A stretch of DNA of 64,000 nucleotides. Source: Minisyncoccota bacterium. Its GTDB lineage: Bacteria; Patescibacteriota; Minisyncoccia; Phycocordibacterales; UBA2100. Location: positions 179 through 64,178 of the forward strand of contig DASSSZ010000006.1 in the NCBI GenBank assembly GCA_035708165.1. The letters are read 5' to 3'. The position numbers and the translations under genes are program-made. The notes beneath the pieces were generated by a model. The model did no database searches. It was not told the DNA's origin and saw nothing but the letters and a program-made list of their open reading frames with translations. Shown here one piece after another: positions 51,715 through 60,634 of this stretch (the first letter of the stretch is position 1; each line of letters starts with the position of its first letter).

Positions 51715-52854
51715 ATGACGGGTGCGCGGCGGTATACTTTGCGCATGAGCACGCTTTCGAGGATGAGGCATGCCGCCGCCCGCCTGCGCGAATGGATGAA
51801 GCGCTATGAGCGCTTCATCGTGCCGGCAGCGCTCATCTGCGGCTTCCTGGTGGATACGCAGATCTTCACCCGCGTCGATCTCCTCTGGAACGACCTCCTG
51901 CTCATCGCGTACTTGCTGCTCGCGGCCGCCGGCATCGTCCTCGTGCATCTCGCGGATGAGCGGCAGCTCCACGGCTGGGTCACGCGGACCATCGCGGCGG
52001 TGATGCCGCTCGTGATCCAATTCTCCTTCGGGTCGCTCTTCAAGGGGCTCATCATCTTCTACGGCGAGAGCGCATCGCTCGCAGTGAACTGGATCTTCGT
52101 CGTCGTGCTCGCGTTCCTCCTCATCGTGAGCGAGGTCTTCATCCACAACTATCGCCGCTTCCCGTACCAGATGGGGCTCTGGTTCTTCCTCCTGCTCTCG
52201 TACAACGCGTTCTACCTCCCGGTCCTCCTCGGGCGCATCGGCCCGTGGATCTTCCTTGCGAGCATCGTCGAGAGCGCGGCCATCCTCGTCGCCTTCATCT
52301 GGCTGCTCAGCCGCCTCGTGCCGAAGCGCGCCGCTGCTTCGCGCGAGTTCGTCCTCATCCTCGCGGGCGGCATCGCGGCGGCATTCGCGGGACTCTACTT
52401 CCTCGGCGCGATCCCGCCCCTGCCGCTCTCGCTCATGGACGCGGGCGTCGCCCATGCGGTCACGAAGGAAGGCGACGCCTATGTCGCCTTCGTGGAGCCG
52501 CGCCCGTGGTACGACTGGTACGAGAGCTACAACACGCAGCTGCACCTCTCGGATGGCAACCCGGCGTACGTCTACACGTCGGTGTTCGCGCCCTCCCGGC
52601 TCTCGCTCACCATCACGCATGAGTGGCAGCGGTACGACGAGGCGAGCGGGCAGTGGGTGACCGAAGCGACGGTCTCGTTCCCGGTCAATGGCGGGCGCGA
52701 TGGCGGCTACCGCGGCTACTCGATGAAGAACGATCCCCGGCCGGGGAAGTGGCGCGTGAACGTGCTGACCGGCTACGGCGCGATCATCGGCAGGGTCTCG
52801 TTCAGCGTGGACGCGGCGAGCGGGACGCCGGCGCTCGAAAAGACGGCGATCTGA
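51715..52854 (+). CDS. Hypothetical polytopic membrane protein with a C-terminal extracytoplasmic beta-rich domain
   Basis: About 8 TM helices, then ..YDWYESYNTQLHLSDGNPAYVYTSVFAPSRLSLTITHEWQRYDEASGQWV..GKWRVNVLTGYGAIIGRVSFSV... Start at ATG 51715 or 51745. Confidence 0.4.
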   Translation: MTGARRYTLRMSTLSRMRHAAARLREWMKRYERFIVPAALICGFLVDTQIFTRVDLLWNDLLLIAYLLLAAAGIVLVHLADERQLHGWVTRTIAAVMPLVIQFSFGSLFKGLIIFYGESASLAVNWIFVVVLAFLLIVSEVFIHNYRRFPYQMGLWFFLLLSYNAFYLPVLLGRIGPWIFLASIVESAAILVAFIWLLSRLVPKRAAASREFVLILAGGIAAAFAGLYFLGAIPPLPLSLMDAGVAHAVTKEGDAYVAFVEPRPWYDWYESYNTQLHLSDGNPAYVYTSVFAPSRLSLTITHEWQRYDEASGQWVTEATVSFPVNGGRDGGYRGYSMKNDPRPGKWRVNVLTGYGAIIGRVSFSVDAASGTPALEKTAI

Positions 52855-52953
52855 TGCGCGCAGAATGAGCGCTTCATTCTTGTGTATAGCCACGAAATGC
52901 GATGAAGGCCGATGCTATACTGCGGCCATAACATAAGACGAACATTCGAATGT

Positions 52954-53844
52954 ATGACCGATGATACGCAACGAAAGACATGCGAGGCCTGCGGCGGCGC
53001 GATCTGCGCCGAGCACGGGATCTGCCATGAGTGCCATGGCGGCCACCACGGCGGCGCGCTCGCGTTCGCGCGCGGCCGCAACGTGCGCGCGCTCCTCATG
53101 CTCGCGCTCCTCGCGCTCGCGCTGTGGGGATTCGCCGAGACCGCTTCGGTGATCAAGGGGTACCGCTATATCGGCTCAGGGGTCGCTCCGGCGAATACGA
53201 TCAACGTGACCGGCATGGGCAAGGTGTTCGCCGTGCCGGATGTCGCGCAGTTCAGCTTCTCGGTCATGGATACCGAGAAGGATGTCGCGAGCGCGCAGGC
53301 GAAGGTGACGGACCAGATGAATAGCATCACCGATTACCTCAAGCAGACCGCCGGCATCGCCGATACGGATATCCAGACGAGCGATTACAGCGTTGCCCCG
53401 AAGTACCAGCAGACGAGCTGTGCGGCCGGCGTCTACTGCCCGCAGAATACGGGGACGATCATCGGCTACACCGTCTCGGAGACGGTGACCGTCAAGGTGA
53501 AGGACACGAGCAAGGCCGGCGACGTGCTCTCGAATGTCGGCAGCAAGGGTGCCACGAACGTCAGCGGCCTCACCTTCACCGTGGATAACGAGGACCAGCT
53601 GAAGCAGCAGGCGCGTGACAAGGCGATCGAGGATGCGCAGGCGAAGGCGAAGGTCCTCGCGAGTCAGCTCGGCGTCTCGCTCGTGCGCGTGACGAGCTTC
53701 TACGAGAACGGCGGCCCCGTCATCTACGAGAAGGCCATGAGCATGGGCGCGGCGGATGCAGCGTACGCGCCGGCGCCGGCGAACATCCAGACGGGGCAGA
53801 ACGAGATCGATTCGAACGTGACGATCACGTACGAGATCCAATAG
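52954..53844 (+). CDS. SIMPL-domain (DUF541) protein with an N-terminal Cys/His-rich zinc-ribbon-like motif and a TM anchor
   Basis: ..CEACGGAICAEHGICHECHGGHHGG.., then TM ..LLMLALLALALWGF.., then SIMPL core (..INVTGMGKVFAVPDVAQFSFSV.., ..ARDKAIEDAQAKAKVLASQLGVSL.., ..IDSNVTITYEI). Confidence 0.6.
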   Translation: MTDDTQRKTCEACGGAICAEHGICHECHGGHHGGALAFARGRNVRALLMLALLALALWGFAETASVIKGYRYIGSGVAPANTINVTGMGKVFAVPDVAQFSFSVMDTEKDVASAQAKVTDQMNSITDYLKQTAGIADTDIQTSDYSVAPKYQQTSCAAGVYCPQNTGTIIGYTVSETVTVKVKDTSKAGDVLSNVGSKGATNVSGLTFTVDNEDQLKQQARDKAIEDAQAKAKVLASQLGVSLVRVTSFYENGGPVIYEKAMSMGAADAAYAPAPANIQTGQNEIDSNVTITYEIQ

Positions 53845-53975
53845 CGGATACGCATCTGGGCTGATCGCTGCTTACGCAGCTGCCGTCCCCGATGCTCTGA
53901 CACGCAGCGCCGAGGCTTTGCCTCGGCGCTGCGTGCATGCATAGGGACGGCCAGGCTGATGCTATACTTCCGGCC

Positions 53976-54854
53976 ATGACAGTAGGACAGGCGATCGTCA
54001 TGGGCCTCCTGCAAGGCATCACCGAGCTCTTCCCGATCTCAAGCCTCGGGCATAGCGTGATCCTGCCGACGCTCCTCGGCTGGCAGATCGACCAATCCGA
54101 CCCGGCATTCCTCGATTTCGTCATCCTCACGCACTTCGCGACTGCGCTCGTGCTCTTCCTCTTCTTCTGGAAGGACTGGGTGCGCATCCTGCGCGGCATC
54201 GCGCGGACGCTGATCGGGCGCGGCGCCCGCGGCGTGGACGCGCAGCTCGGCTGGCGTCTGGTCGCAGCGACGATCCCTGCCGGGCTGATCGGCCTCCTGC
54301 TGCAGAAGCGGATCGAAGCGCTCTTCGCGGACCCGGCGCTCATCGCCCTCGTGCTGATCGGCAATGGCGTGCTCCTGCTCATCGCCGAGCGGCTGCGCCG
54401 CATCCGGGCGCGGCAGGAAGGGGAGCTGCCCGCCGGCCGGGCCGCGATCACGGGCGACGCCCGGCTCGCGATGATGCGCTGGCGCGATGCGATCCTCGTC
54501 GGGCTCTCGCAGTGCCTCGCGCTCATTCCAGGCTTCTCCCGCACGGGCGCGACGCTGGGCGGTGGCCTCCTCGCCGGGCTCTCGCATGAGGATGCCGCGC
54601 GCTTCTCGTTCCTGCTGGCGACGCCGATCATCGGGGCCGCCGCGCTCCTCAAGCTGCCGGGGCTCGCGCTCTCGGGGCGCCAGGAGCTCGCAGCTCCGAT
54701 GATCGCGGGCGCGCTCGCCGCCGCGCTCGCTGCATACCTCTCGGTCCGCTTCCTCACGCGCTACTTCAAGACGAAGACGCTCGTCCCGTTCGGCGTCTAC
54801 TGCATCGTCACGGGTATCGTCGCGGCGCTCGCATTCATGGCATATGGCGCGTAG
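53976..54854 (+). CDS. uppP: Undecaprenyl-diphosphate phosphatase (BacA/UppP)
   Basis: ATG at 53976 (MTVGQAIVMGLLQGITELFPISSLGHSVIL..) and a second half with ..SRTGATLGGGL.. (the PGxSRSGxT motif). Confidence 0.85.
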   Translation: MTVGQAIVMGLLQGITELFPISSLGHSVILPTLLGWQIDQSDPAFLDFVILTHFATALVLFLFFWKDWVRILRGIARTLIGRGARGVDAQLGWRLVAATIPAGLIGLLLQKRIEALFADPALIALVLIGNGVLLLIAERLRRIRARQEGELPAGRAAITGDARLAMMRWRDAILVGLSQCLALIPGFSRTGATLGGGLLAGLSHEDAARFSFLLATPIIGAAALLKLPGLALSGRQELAAPMIAGALAAALAAYLSVRFLTRYFKTKTLVPFGVYCIVTGIVAALAFMAYGA

Positions 54855-55149
54855 CGCGAAGGCCGGCGGGGCAGGAAAGGCGGCCGCCATGCTGCGGTTC
54901 CTCGGCGATCCGTCGCGCGCGGCGCTCCTTCTCCTCCTCGCCGAGCGCCCGAGCGGCTTCACGGTAGGCGAGATCGCCGACGCGCTCGCCATCACGCACT
55001 CGGCGACGAGCCACCAGCTCGCGGGCCTCGAGGAACGCGGGATCATCGAAGGATTCCGGGAAGGCCAGGCAGTGCGCTACCGGCTCGCGAAGAGCAGCGT
55101 CGCGCGCGGCGCGCTCGCGCTGCTGCGCGCTGCCGCGCGCCTCAAGTGA
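54844..55149 (+). CDS. ArsR/SmtB-family winged-HTH transcriptional regulator
   Basis: ..LGDPSRAALLLLLAERPSGFTVGEIADALAITHSATSHQLAGLEERGII..; 101 aa. Confidence 0.7.
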   Translation: MARSAKAGGAGKAAAMLRFLGDPSRAALLLLLAERPSGFTVGEIADALAITHSATSHQLAGLEERGIIEGFREGQAVRYRLAKSSVARGALALLRAAARLK

Positions 55150-55196
55150 CCGGCTTGACGGCCCGCGCCATGCGAGGTACCATCTCTCCATACGAA

Positions 55197-55219
55197 GCCC
55201 CGCGAGGGGTTTTAAAATT
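55197..55219 (+). terminator. Short GC hairpin plus T-tract after the ArsR-like gene
   Basis: ccccgcgagggg followed by ttttaaaatt. Confidence 0.35.
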
Positions 55220-55244
55220 GGCTCGATTAGCTTCTTCTTAGCCT

Positions 55245-55562
55245 ATGGCATCACGCTTCGTCCGCTACATCCAGGATACTCGCCGCGAGATGGCACACGT
55301 CTCGTGGCCGACCCGCGCGCAGACGGTCGCCTTCACGCTGATCGTGGTCGCGATCTCGCTCTTCGTCGCGATCTACCTCAGCGTCTTCGATGCAGCGTTC
55401 TCGAGCGGCGTGCGCGCCGCGCTCGACCATGCGCCGCGCTTCGGGAATTCCCCGGCTGCCGCGGTCGGCACGACCCCGAGCACGGCAACGACGAGCGCGA
55501 CCGGCACGGTCCCGGCGTTCAATGCGGCGCCCGATGTTACCCCGTCTAACTCTCAGCAGTAA
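55245..55562 (+). CDS. secE: Preprotein translocase subunit SecE (with a Thr/Ala-rich C-terminal tail)
   Basis: ..WPTRAQTVAFTLIVVAISLFVAIYLSVFDAAF.. single TM. Canonical position upstream of nusG. Confidence 0.8.
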   Translation: MASRFVRYIQDTRREMAHVSWPTRAQTVAFTLIVVAISLFVAIYLSVFDAAFSSGVRAALDHAPRFGNSPAAAVGTTPSTATTSATGTVPAFNAAPDVTPSNSQQ

Positions 55563-55566
55563 TCGT

Positions 55567-56112
55567 ATGGCAAAGCAAGTTCATGGCGCGCAGCGCGGCT
55601 GGTACGTGGTCCACACCTACAGCGGCTACGAGGATGCGGTGGCGCGCAATCTCACGCAGCGCATCGAATCCTTCGGCATGCAGGACAAGATCTTCGAGGT
55701 CGTCGTCCCGAGCGAGAAGAAAGTGAAGGTGAAGGGCGGCCGCAAGACGCACGTCCGCGAGAAGATCCTGCAGGGGTACGTCCTCGTGGACATGATCCCG
55801 TCGGACGACGCATGGAGCGTCGTGCGCAATACGCCGCAGGTGACCGGCTTCGTGGGCACTGCCAATCAGGCGGTCCCGCTTTCCCAGGCGGAAGTGGACG
55901 CGCTCTTCGCGCGCATGCAGGAGACGGCGGTGAAGCACACCATCGACCTCTCGGTCGACGATGCGGTGCGCATCATCGACGGGCCGTTCAAGGATCTCGA
56001 GGGCAAGGTCGGCGAGGTGGACGAGGCGCGCGGGAAGGTCCGCGTCATGGTCCCGATGTTCGGCCGCGAGACGCCGGTCGAGCTTGAGGCGGATCAGGTG
56101 CAGCGCATCTAA
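55567..56112 (+). CDS. nusG: Transcription termination/antitermination factor NusG
   Basis: ATG at 55567 (MAKQVHGAQRGWYVVHTYSGYEDAV..). NGN domain plus KOW (..IIDGPFKDLEGKVGEVDEARGKVRVMV..). Confidence 0.9.
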   Translation: MAKQVHGAQRGWYVVHTYSGYEDAVARNLTQRIESFGMQDKIFEVVVPSEKKVKVKGGRKTHVREKILQGYVLVDMIPSDDAWSVVRNTPQVTGFVGTANQAVPLSQAEVDALFARMQETAVKHTIDLSVDDAVRIIDGPFKDLEGKVGEVDEARGKVRVMVPMFGRETPVELEADQVQRI

Positions 56113-56135
56113 TTTTAGTGTATAACTTCTGAACC

Positions 56136-56555
56136 ATGGCTAAGAAAGTAACCAAGATCATCAAGCTCCAGATCCCCGCAGGCGCCGCGACGGCTGCGCC
56201 GCCGGTGGGTACGGTGCTCGGCCCCGCCGGCGTCAACATCGGCGAGTTCGTGAACCAGTTCAATTCCGCGACCAAGGAGAAGGCCGGCAACATCATCCCG
56301 GTGGTGATGACCGTCTTCGATGACCGCAGCTTCGAGCTCGCGTACAAGCAGCCGCCCGCATCGCGCCTCATTCTCAAAGCGCTCGGCAAGGACAAAGGCT
56401 CGACCAAGCCGCAGAACAAGATCGGTTCGATCTCGGATGCGCAGCTGACCGAGCTCGCGCAGCAGAAGATGGAGGACATGAATACGACCGATCTCGAGGA
56501 GGCCAAGCGCACGCTCGCAGGCACCGCGAAGAGCATGGGCATCGACATCAAGTAA
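56136..56555 (+). CDS. rplK: 50S ribosomal protein L11
   Basis: MAKKVTKIIKLQIPAGAATAAPPVGTVLGPAGVNIGEF.. Confidence 0.93.
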   Translation: MAKKVTKIIKLQIPAGAATAAPPVGTVLGPAGVNIGEFVNQFNSATKEKAGNIIPVVMTVFDDRSFELAYKQPPASRLILKALGKDKGSTKPQNKIGSISDAQLTELAQQKMEDMNTTDLEEAKRTLAGTAKSMGIDIK

Positions 56556-56576
56556 TCGCAGCCCTTCTGGGGGACG

Positions 56577-56610
56577 AAAAAAGGCCCGCGCCATTGGCGC
56601 GGGCCTGTTC
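56577..56610. terminator. Bidirectional terminator hairpin between rplK (+) and the ThyX-like gene (-)
   Basis: aaaaaa-ggcccgcgcc-attg-gcgcgggcc-tgttcgt. The A-run gives a U-tract for the minus-strand transcript. Confidence 0.55.
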
Positions 56611-56613
56611 GTA

Positions 56614-57984
56614 TCAGGAAGCGAGGCGGATATCCTGGTCGGCGCGCTTCCTGCTGAAGCGTCCCGGCTCGTCGCTCGTGTAGATCGGCATGCCGAAGCG
56701 CTTCCGCAGCTCGTTCGCGAGATCATGCGCCTTGAACTCGAGCGTCGGGTGCACGTCGTTCTGCGCCCGCCTCTCGGCGAGATAGGCGAGCGCGTGCAGC
56801 CCGCCCGTGATGCGGTTCGGCAGCACGAATCCCATCGGGATGTGGTACTGCTGCTCAGCCGGCGGGAGCTCCCCGAGCCGGCCGTAGCGGATCGCTTCCG
56901 TGACGGTCTCGAGCGCGCAGCGCACGCCATGCGCCATGGATTCAGGCATCTGCGCGAGGTACCACGGCTCGAAGCCGTGCCGGGTCGTCAGGAGCGGCAT
57001 GCGCTGCACGACGCCCCGGTGCCGCTGGATATCGCGGAACGATGCGAAGTCGAGCCCGAACTCGCACTGGAGCGTGCCGCACTCCTCGATGGCGCGCGGC
57101 AGCTCGGTGTGCGGCGGGCGCTTCAGGATCGCCGGGCGGTACGTCGCGAGCAGCGCCCGGTCGACATGGTCGGCTGTCACCCGGAATGCGCGCGGATAAT
57201 AGTCATCCGGCTGCTCGTAGTAGTAGAGCGTGCGCATGTACCGGCGGTTGTACGCTTCGGTCTCGGGATAGCGCTTGGCCGGGAACGAGCTCGGCCAGGC
57301 ATCCGCGAGCGCGTCCTCGATCTTCCGCGCGATCATGCGGACCTCCGCGAGCGGATGGTGCCGCAGGTAGGCGAGGTGATCGTTCGCTTGCCGGATGCTG
57401 CTGTGCCAGGCGAGGTTCGTCACGGCGCCGGCAGGCAGGAGGCAGCGGGCGATATCGAACGTCCGCTTCTCGATGTTCTTCGCGAACTTCTGGTCGCTCT
57501 CGTCCGGCGCCGGCGCGTACTGCCGGATCAGGTGCTCTGGCAGCGCGCTCCTCACGGAGAGATACGTCTCGCGCAGCAGCTCCACGAGCGACGAGTCGCC
57601 GTTCGTCACCATGAACGGCTGCGTCGAGAAGTCGATGTAGCGCGTCGAAGCTTCCTGCCCGCTGTAAAGCCGGGAGTCCTGGATGGCTTTCGCGGCAAGC
57701 ATGGAGACGCCTTCGATGAAGACGGTCACGCTGCCGCAGTCGCCGATCGACTGGTGGCCGTAGCCGATGTACGCCGATCGGATGAACTTCTCGGCGCCGC
57801 GCTTCAGGAACTCGGCGAAGTGGTGGTCGAAGCCGCCGATCGAGCGCGAGTGGAGCGCCTGGAGCATGGCTTCGCCGTCCGGCCCCACGAGGGCGCCGGT
57901 ATTGAGCACGATGACCTGCGCGGGCAGGCCGAAGAGCCTGAAGCGCCGGCGGATATGCCGGAGATCTTCGAGCACCCGTTCCAT
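56614..57984 (-). CDS. Tandem-duplicated ThyX-like (Thy1-fold, flavin-dependent thymidylate synthase family) protein
   Basis: N-half ..VTVFIEGVSMLAAKAIQDSRLYSGQEASTRYIDF.. and ..ARCLLPAGAVTNLAWHSSIRQANDHLAYLR.. align to ThyX motifs (FTFhV..RQ.FRHRIASYNE.SGRY; ARIVLP...T.F.W..NARSLMNFL.LR). C-half ..CEFGLDFASFRDIQRHRGVVQRMP.. and ..YHIPMGFVLPNRITGGLHALAYLAERR.. repeat the fold with an intact RHR. Likely ATG at 57984 (MERVLEDL..). Confidence 0.5.
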   Translation of the reverse strand: MERVLEDLRHIRRRFRLFGLPAQVIVLNTGALVGPDGEAMLQALHSRSIGGFDHHFAEFLKRGAEKFIRSAYIGYGHQSIGDCGSVTVFIEGVSMLAAKAIQDSRLYSGQEASTRYIDFSTQPFMVTNGDSSLVELLRETYLSVRSALPEHLIRQYAPAPDESDQKFAKNIEKRTFDIARCLLPAGAVTNLAWHSSIRQANDHLAYLRHHPLAEVRMIARKIEDALADAWPSSFPAKRYPETEAYNRRYMRTLYYYEQPDDYYPRAFRVTADHVDRALLATYRPAILKRPPHTELPRAIEECGTLQCEFGLDFASFRDIQRHRGVVQRMPLLTTRHGFEPWYLAQMPESMAHGVRCALETVTEAIRYGRLGELPPAEQQYHIPMGFVLPNRITGGLHALAYLAERRAQNDVHPTLEFKAHDLANELRKRFGMPIYTSDEPGRFSRKRADQDIRLAS

Positions 57985-58136
57985 AGCCGTCCTTCCTTTC
58001 AGTGTACTGTGGACTGCCGGCAGCCTACCGCTCGTCCTCGGTGCGCACAATGTCAAATCGTGTTGTGGTGTGTGGAGAAAAGACTCGTTCTATAGTACAA
58101 CCAGTGCCAGCAATCAGTTCTCGAAAGGAGAGAGCC

Positions 58137-59234
58137 ATGGGCGTATTGCCGTCGCAGGACCTGCGCGCGCTGCTGAGGCAGGGACTGTTCCCGGCCATCG
58201 AGGAGCAGTGGGTCAATCCCGCGTCGATCGACGTGCCGGTAACGGATGAGATCTACCGCATGCGCTACGTGATGAAGCCGGGGGAGCACGATGACGTGCT
58301 CTCGCTCGTGCATCAGTACGGCGAGCGGATCTACTCGCGCAAGCACGAGTACCTGCTCGATGTGGGCGTCCCGTACCTCGTGCGCGTCGGGCGGTGCGTG
58401 CTGCCCGAGGGCGTGTACGCGTATGCGAATCCGAAGTCGACGACCGGCCGCCTCAACGTGCTCGTGCGCGTGGTCGCAGACCGCGTTCCCAAGTTCGATG
58501 CCCTCGAGCCGGCCGGCTGGCAGGGCGACGTGTGGATGTACGTGCAGCCGCAGAGCTTCCCGATCCGGGTCAGGCCCGGCGTGACGCTCACGCAGCTGCG
58601 CCTCATCGACGGCCAGTCGTTCGTGAGCGAGACGCTGATGGGCCGCATGCATGCGCGTGCGGACGGCGGATTGTTCTTCGATGCGGACGGCGGCCGATTG
58701 CCGTATCCGTACGGGCTCGTGCGGTCGCATGCCGACAAGCTGCACATGACGCTCTTCGCGCAGACCGGCCACGTGGGCTGGGTGTGCGACGGCGGGTTGC
58801 AGCCGCTCGACCTCTCGTGCGCGCAGGGATCGGTGGATGCACGATCGTACTTCCGCCCGCTCTACGCGCGCGGCGGTACGATCGAGCTCGTCCCCGGGAG
58901 GTTCTATATCCTCACTACCAACGAGTACCTCCGGGTGCCGTCCGCATACGCGGCCGAGCTCCGGCCGGTCGACCCGCGCATCGGCGAGTTCCGCGTGCAT
59001 GCGGCAGGGTTCGTCGATCCGGGGTGGGGCGGCGCGCGAGGCGCGCCCATCACGCTCGAGGTGACGCTGCCGGATCGTTCGCCGCTCTTGGTGCGGCACG
59101 GCGAGATCATCGCGCGCGTGCGCTTCGAGCGGATGAAGCGCGTGCCGGATATGCGCTACGGCGCATCCATCGGCTCGCACTACGGCGAGCAGCGTACCGC
59201 GCGGCTCGCGAAGTACTTCCGCGAAGCCGCATGA
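58137..59234 (+). CDS. dCTP deaminase, long DCD-family (PF06559-like 2'-deoxycytidine 5'-triphosphate deaminase)
   Basis: ATG at 58137, preceded by aaaggagag. ..YAYANPKSTTGRLNVLVRVVADRVPKFD.. matches the DCD family ANPKSSTGRLD core; 365 aa. Confidence 0.65.
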   Translation: MGVLPSQDLRALLRQGLFPAIEEQWVNPASIDVPVTDEIYRMRYVMKPGEHDDVLSLVHQYGERIYSRKHEYLLDVGVPYLVRVGRCVLPEGVYAYANPKSTTGRLNVLVRVVADRVPKFDALEPAGWQGDVWMYVQPQSFPIRVRPGVTLTQLRLIDGQSFVSETLMGRMHARADGGLFFDADGGRLPYPYGLVRSHADKLHMTLFAQTGHVGWVCDGGLQPLDLSCAQGSVDARSYFRPLYARGGTIELVPGRFYILTTNEYLRVPSAYAAELRPVDPRIGEFRVHAAGFVDPGWGGARGAPITLEVTLPDRSPLLVRHGEIIARVRFERMKRVPDMRYGASIGSHYGEQRTARLAKYFREAA

Positions 59235-59269
59235 TCATGCCGCCGCGACCCTAGGGTTGCGGCGGTTTC

Positions 59270-59950
59270 TCATGCGTCGTGCGCGAAGGCGAACGCGAGC
59301 TCCTCGAACGCGAGTCCGCGGGCGCGGGAGGTCGCGATGCGCAGGACGTCAAAGACGCCCGGCATGCATGCCGCCTCGGCGAGCGCTTGCCGCGTCATCC
59401 AGTGCGTCGTGCCGAAGCCGGCGGGCGCGGGCGCGCCTTCCTGGCGCGGCGCCGTGCCGAGGAAGATGTGCGCGAGCATGTGCGCGATGATCTCGCCGGC
59501 CGCGTCCGTCACCAGGAGGTAGATGATCCCTTTGTGCGCGAGCGTCGCGTGCGTGCCGCACTTCTCCGCGAGCTCGCGTGCTGCCGCTTTCGCAACCGTT
59601 TCGCCGAGGTGCACCTTGCCGTACGGGAAGCCGATCATCCCGAGGAACGGCTGCTTCGCGCGCCGGTACATGAGGAAGCGCCCGGCTGCGTCGCGGCAGG
59701 CGATGAGCGTGACGATCTTCGGCTGGATGCGCACGGAGTAGTCCTCGAAGTGCACCGTCGTGCTGAGGTGCACGCCCTTGCTCGTGAGCGCATAGCCGTC
59801 CCGCACCTTCTTCACGAAGCCACCCGCGATGAGCTTGCGCAGGTGGTAGGAGAATGTATTGCTGGGGATGCGCTGCGGCTGCAGCTCCCCGTAGCGCCGG
59901 GACGCGTGCTGCGCGAGCTCGCGCAGGATGTGCTTCTGGATGAAGTGCAT
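59270..59950 (-). CDS. Winged-HTH + Nudix hydrolase fusion protein
   Basis: N-terminal wHTH (..HILRELAQHASRRYGELQ..NTFSYHLRKLIAGGFVKKVRDGYALTSKG..). C-terminal Nudix box GMIGFPYGKVHLGETVAKAAARELAEKCG (GX5EX7REUXEEXGU satisfied). Confidence 0.6.
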   Translation of the reverse strand: MHFIQKHILRELAQHASRRYGELQPQRIPSNTFSYHLRKLIAGGFVKKVRDGYALTSKGVHLSTTVHFEDYSVRIQPKIVTLIACRDAAGRFLMYRRAKQPFLGMIGFPYGKVHLGETVAKAAARELAEKCGTHATLAHKGIIYLLVTDAAGEIIAHMLAHIFLGTAPRQEGAPAPAGFGTTHWMTRQALAEAACMPGVFDVLRIATSRARGLAFEELAFAFAHDA

Positions 59951-60078
59951 GACAGGGGAATCGTACGGCGAGGAGCAGCTGGTTGCAGGTCAACAGTAAT
60001 TGACTCAAATCCAGCTGTCTAGCGGCGTGCCCGCGCCTCTGCGATACTGCGCGCAGGTCAGTACGAACGGAGGTCCTG

Positions 60079-60576
60079 ATGGATCGTTTCGCATACGATA
60101 GCAGCCGTTCTCGCAGGGCGGCACGCACGCAGCTGCGGAGCCTGGCTGCGCACCTGCTCCCGCGCGCGGCGCATGATCGCGTGCGGCAGGTGGCCGTACT
60201 CCTGGTCGAGAAGGATGACCGGGTGCTGCTCGGATTCCGCGACGGGTCCTGGTCCTTCCCGGGCGGGGAACGTGCCGGCGACGAGCCGCTCGATCGGACG
60301 CTGCGGCGCGCGATCATGAACGGGCCCGCATTCGGGATCTGCTGGACGCTGCGGCCCATCCATGCCGGCATCTTCGAGGCGCCCCCTCTCGGCGAGACGT
60401 TCCGCTTCCATGCGTTCGCGTGCCAGCATTGGCAGCTGATCGGCATGCCCTCGCCCGGCGCGAAGGAGAGCGCGGAGGAGTTCGCATGGGTCGACCGGCC
60501 GCTCGAGCTCAATCTCACCGAGCAGACGCGCGCCGTCCTCGCGCTTCAGGAGCGCTGGCGCACGGAGCGGGCCTAA
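60079..60576 (+). CDS. Nudix-fold protein with a degenerate Nudix box (likely non-canonical or inactive)
   Basis: ..VAVLLVEKDDRVLLGFRDGSWSFPGGERAGDEPLDRTLRRAIMNGPAF.. The REUXEE glutamates are replaced (RRAIMN). Confidence 0.5.
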   Translation: MDRFAYDSSRSRRAARTQLRSLAAHLLPRAAHDRVRQVAVLLVEKDDRVLLGFRDGSWSFPGGERAGDEPLDRTLRRAIMNGPAFGICWTLRPIHAGIFEAPPLGETFRFHAFACQHWQLIGMPSPGAKESAEEFAWVDRPLELNLTEQTRAVLALQERWRTERA

Positions 60577-60634
60577 GGCCCGCTCCTTTACTTATCGGAT
60601 AGCAGTACGTACTATCGCTCCAGGTAATGGAGGG

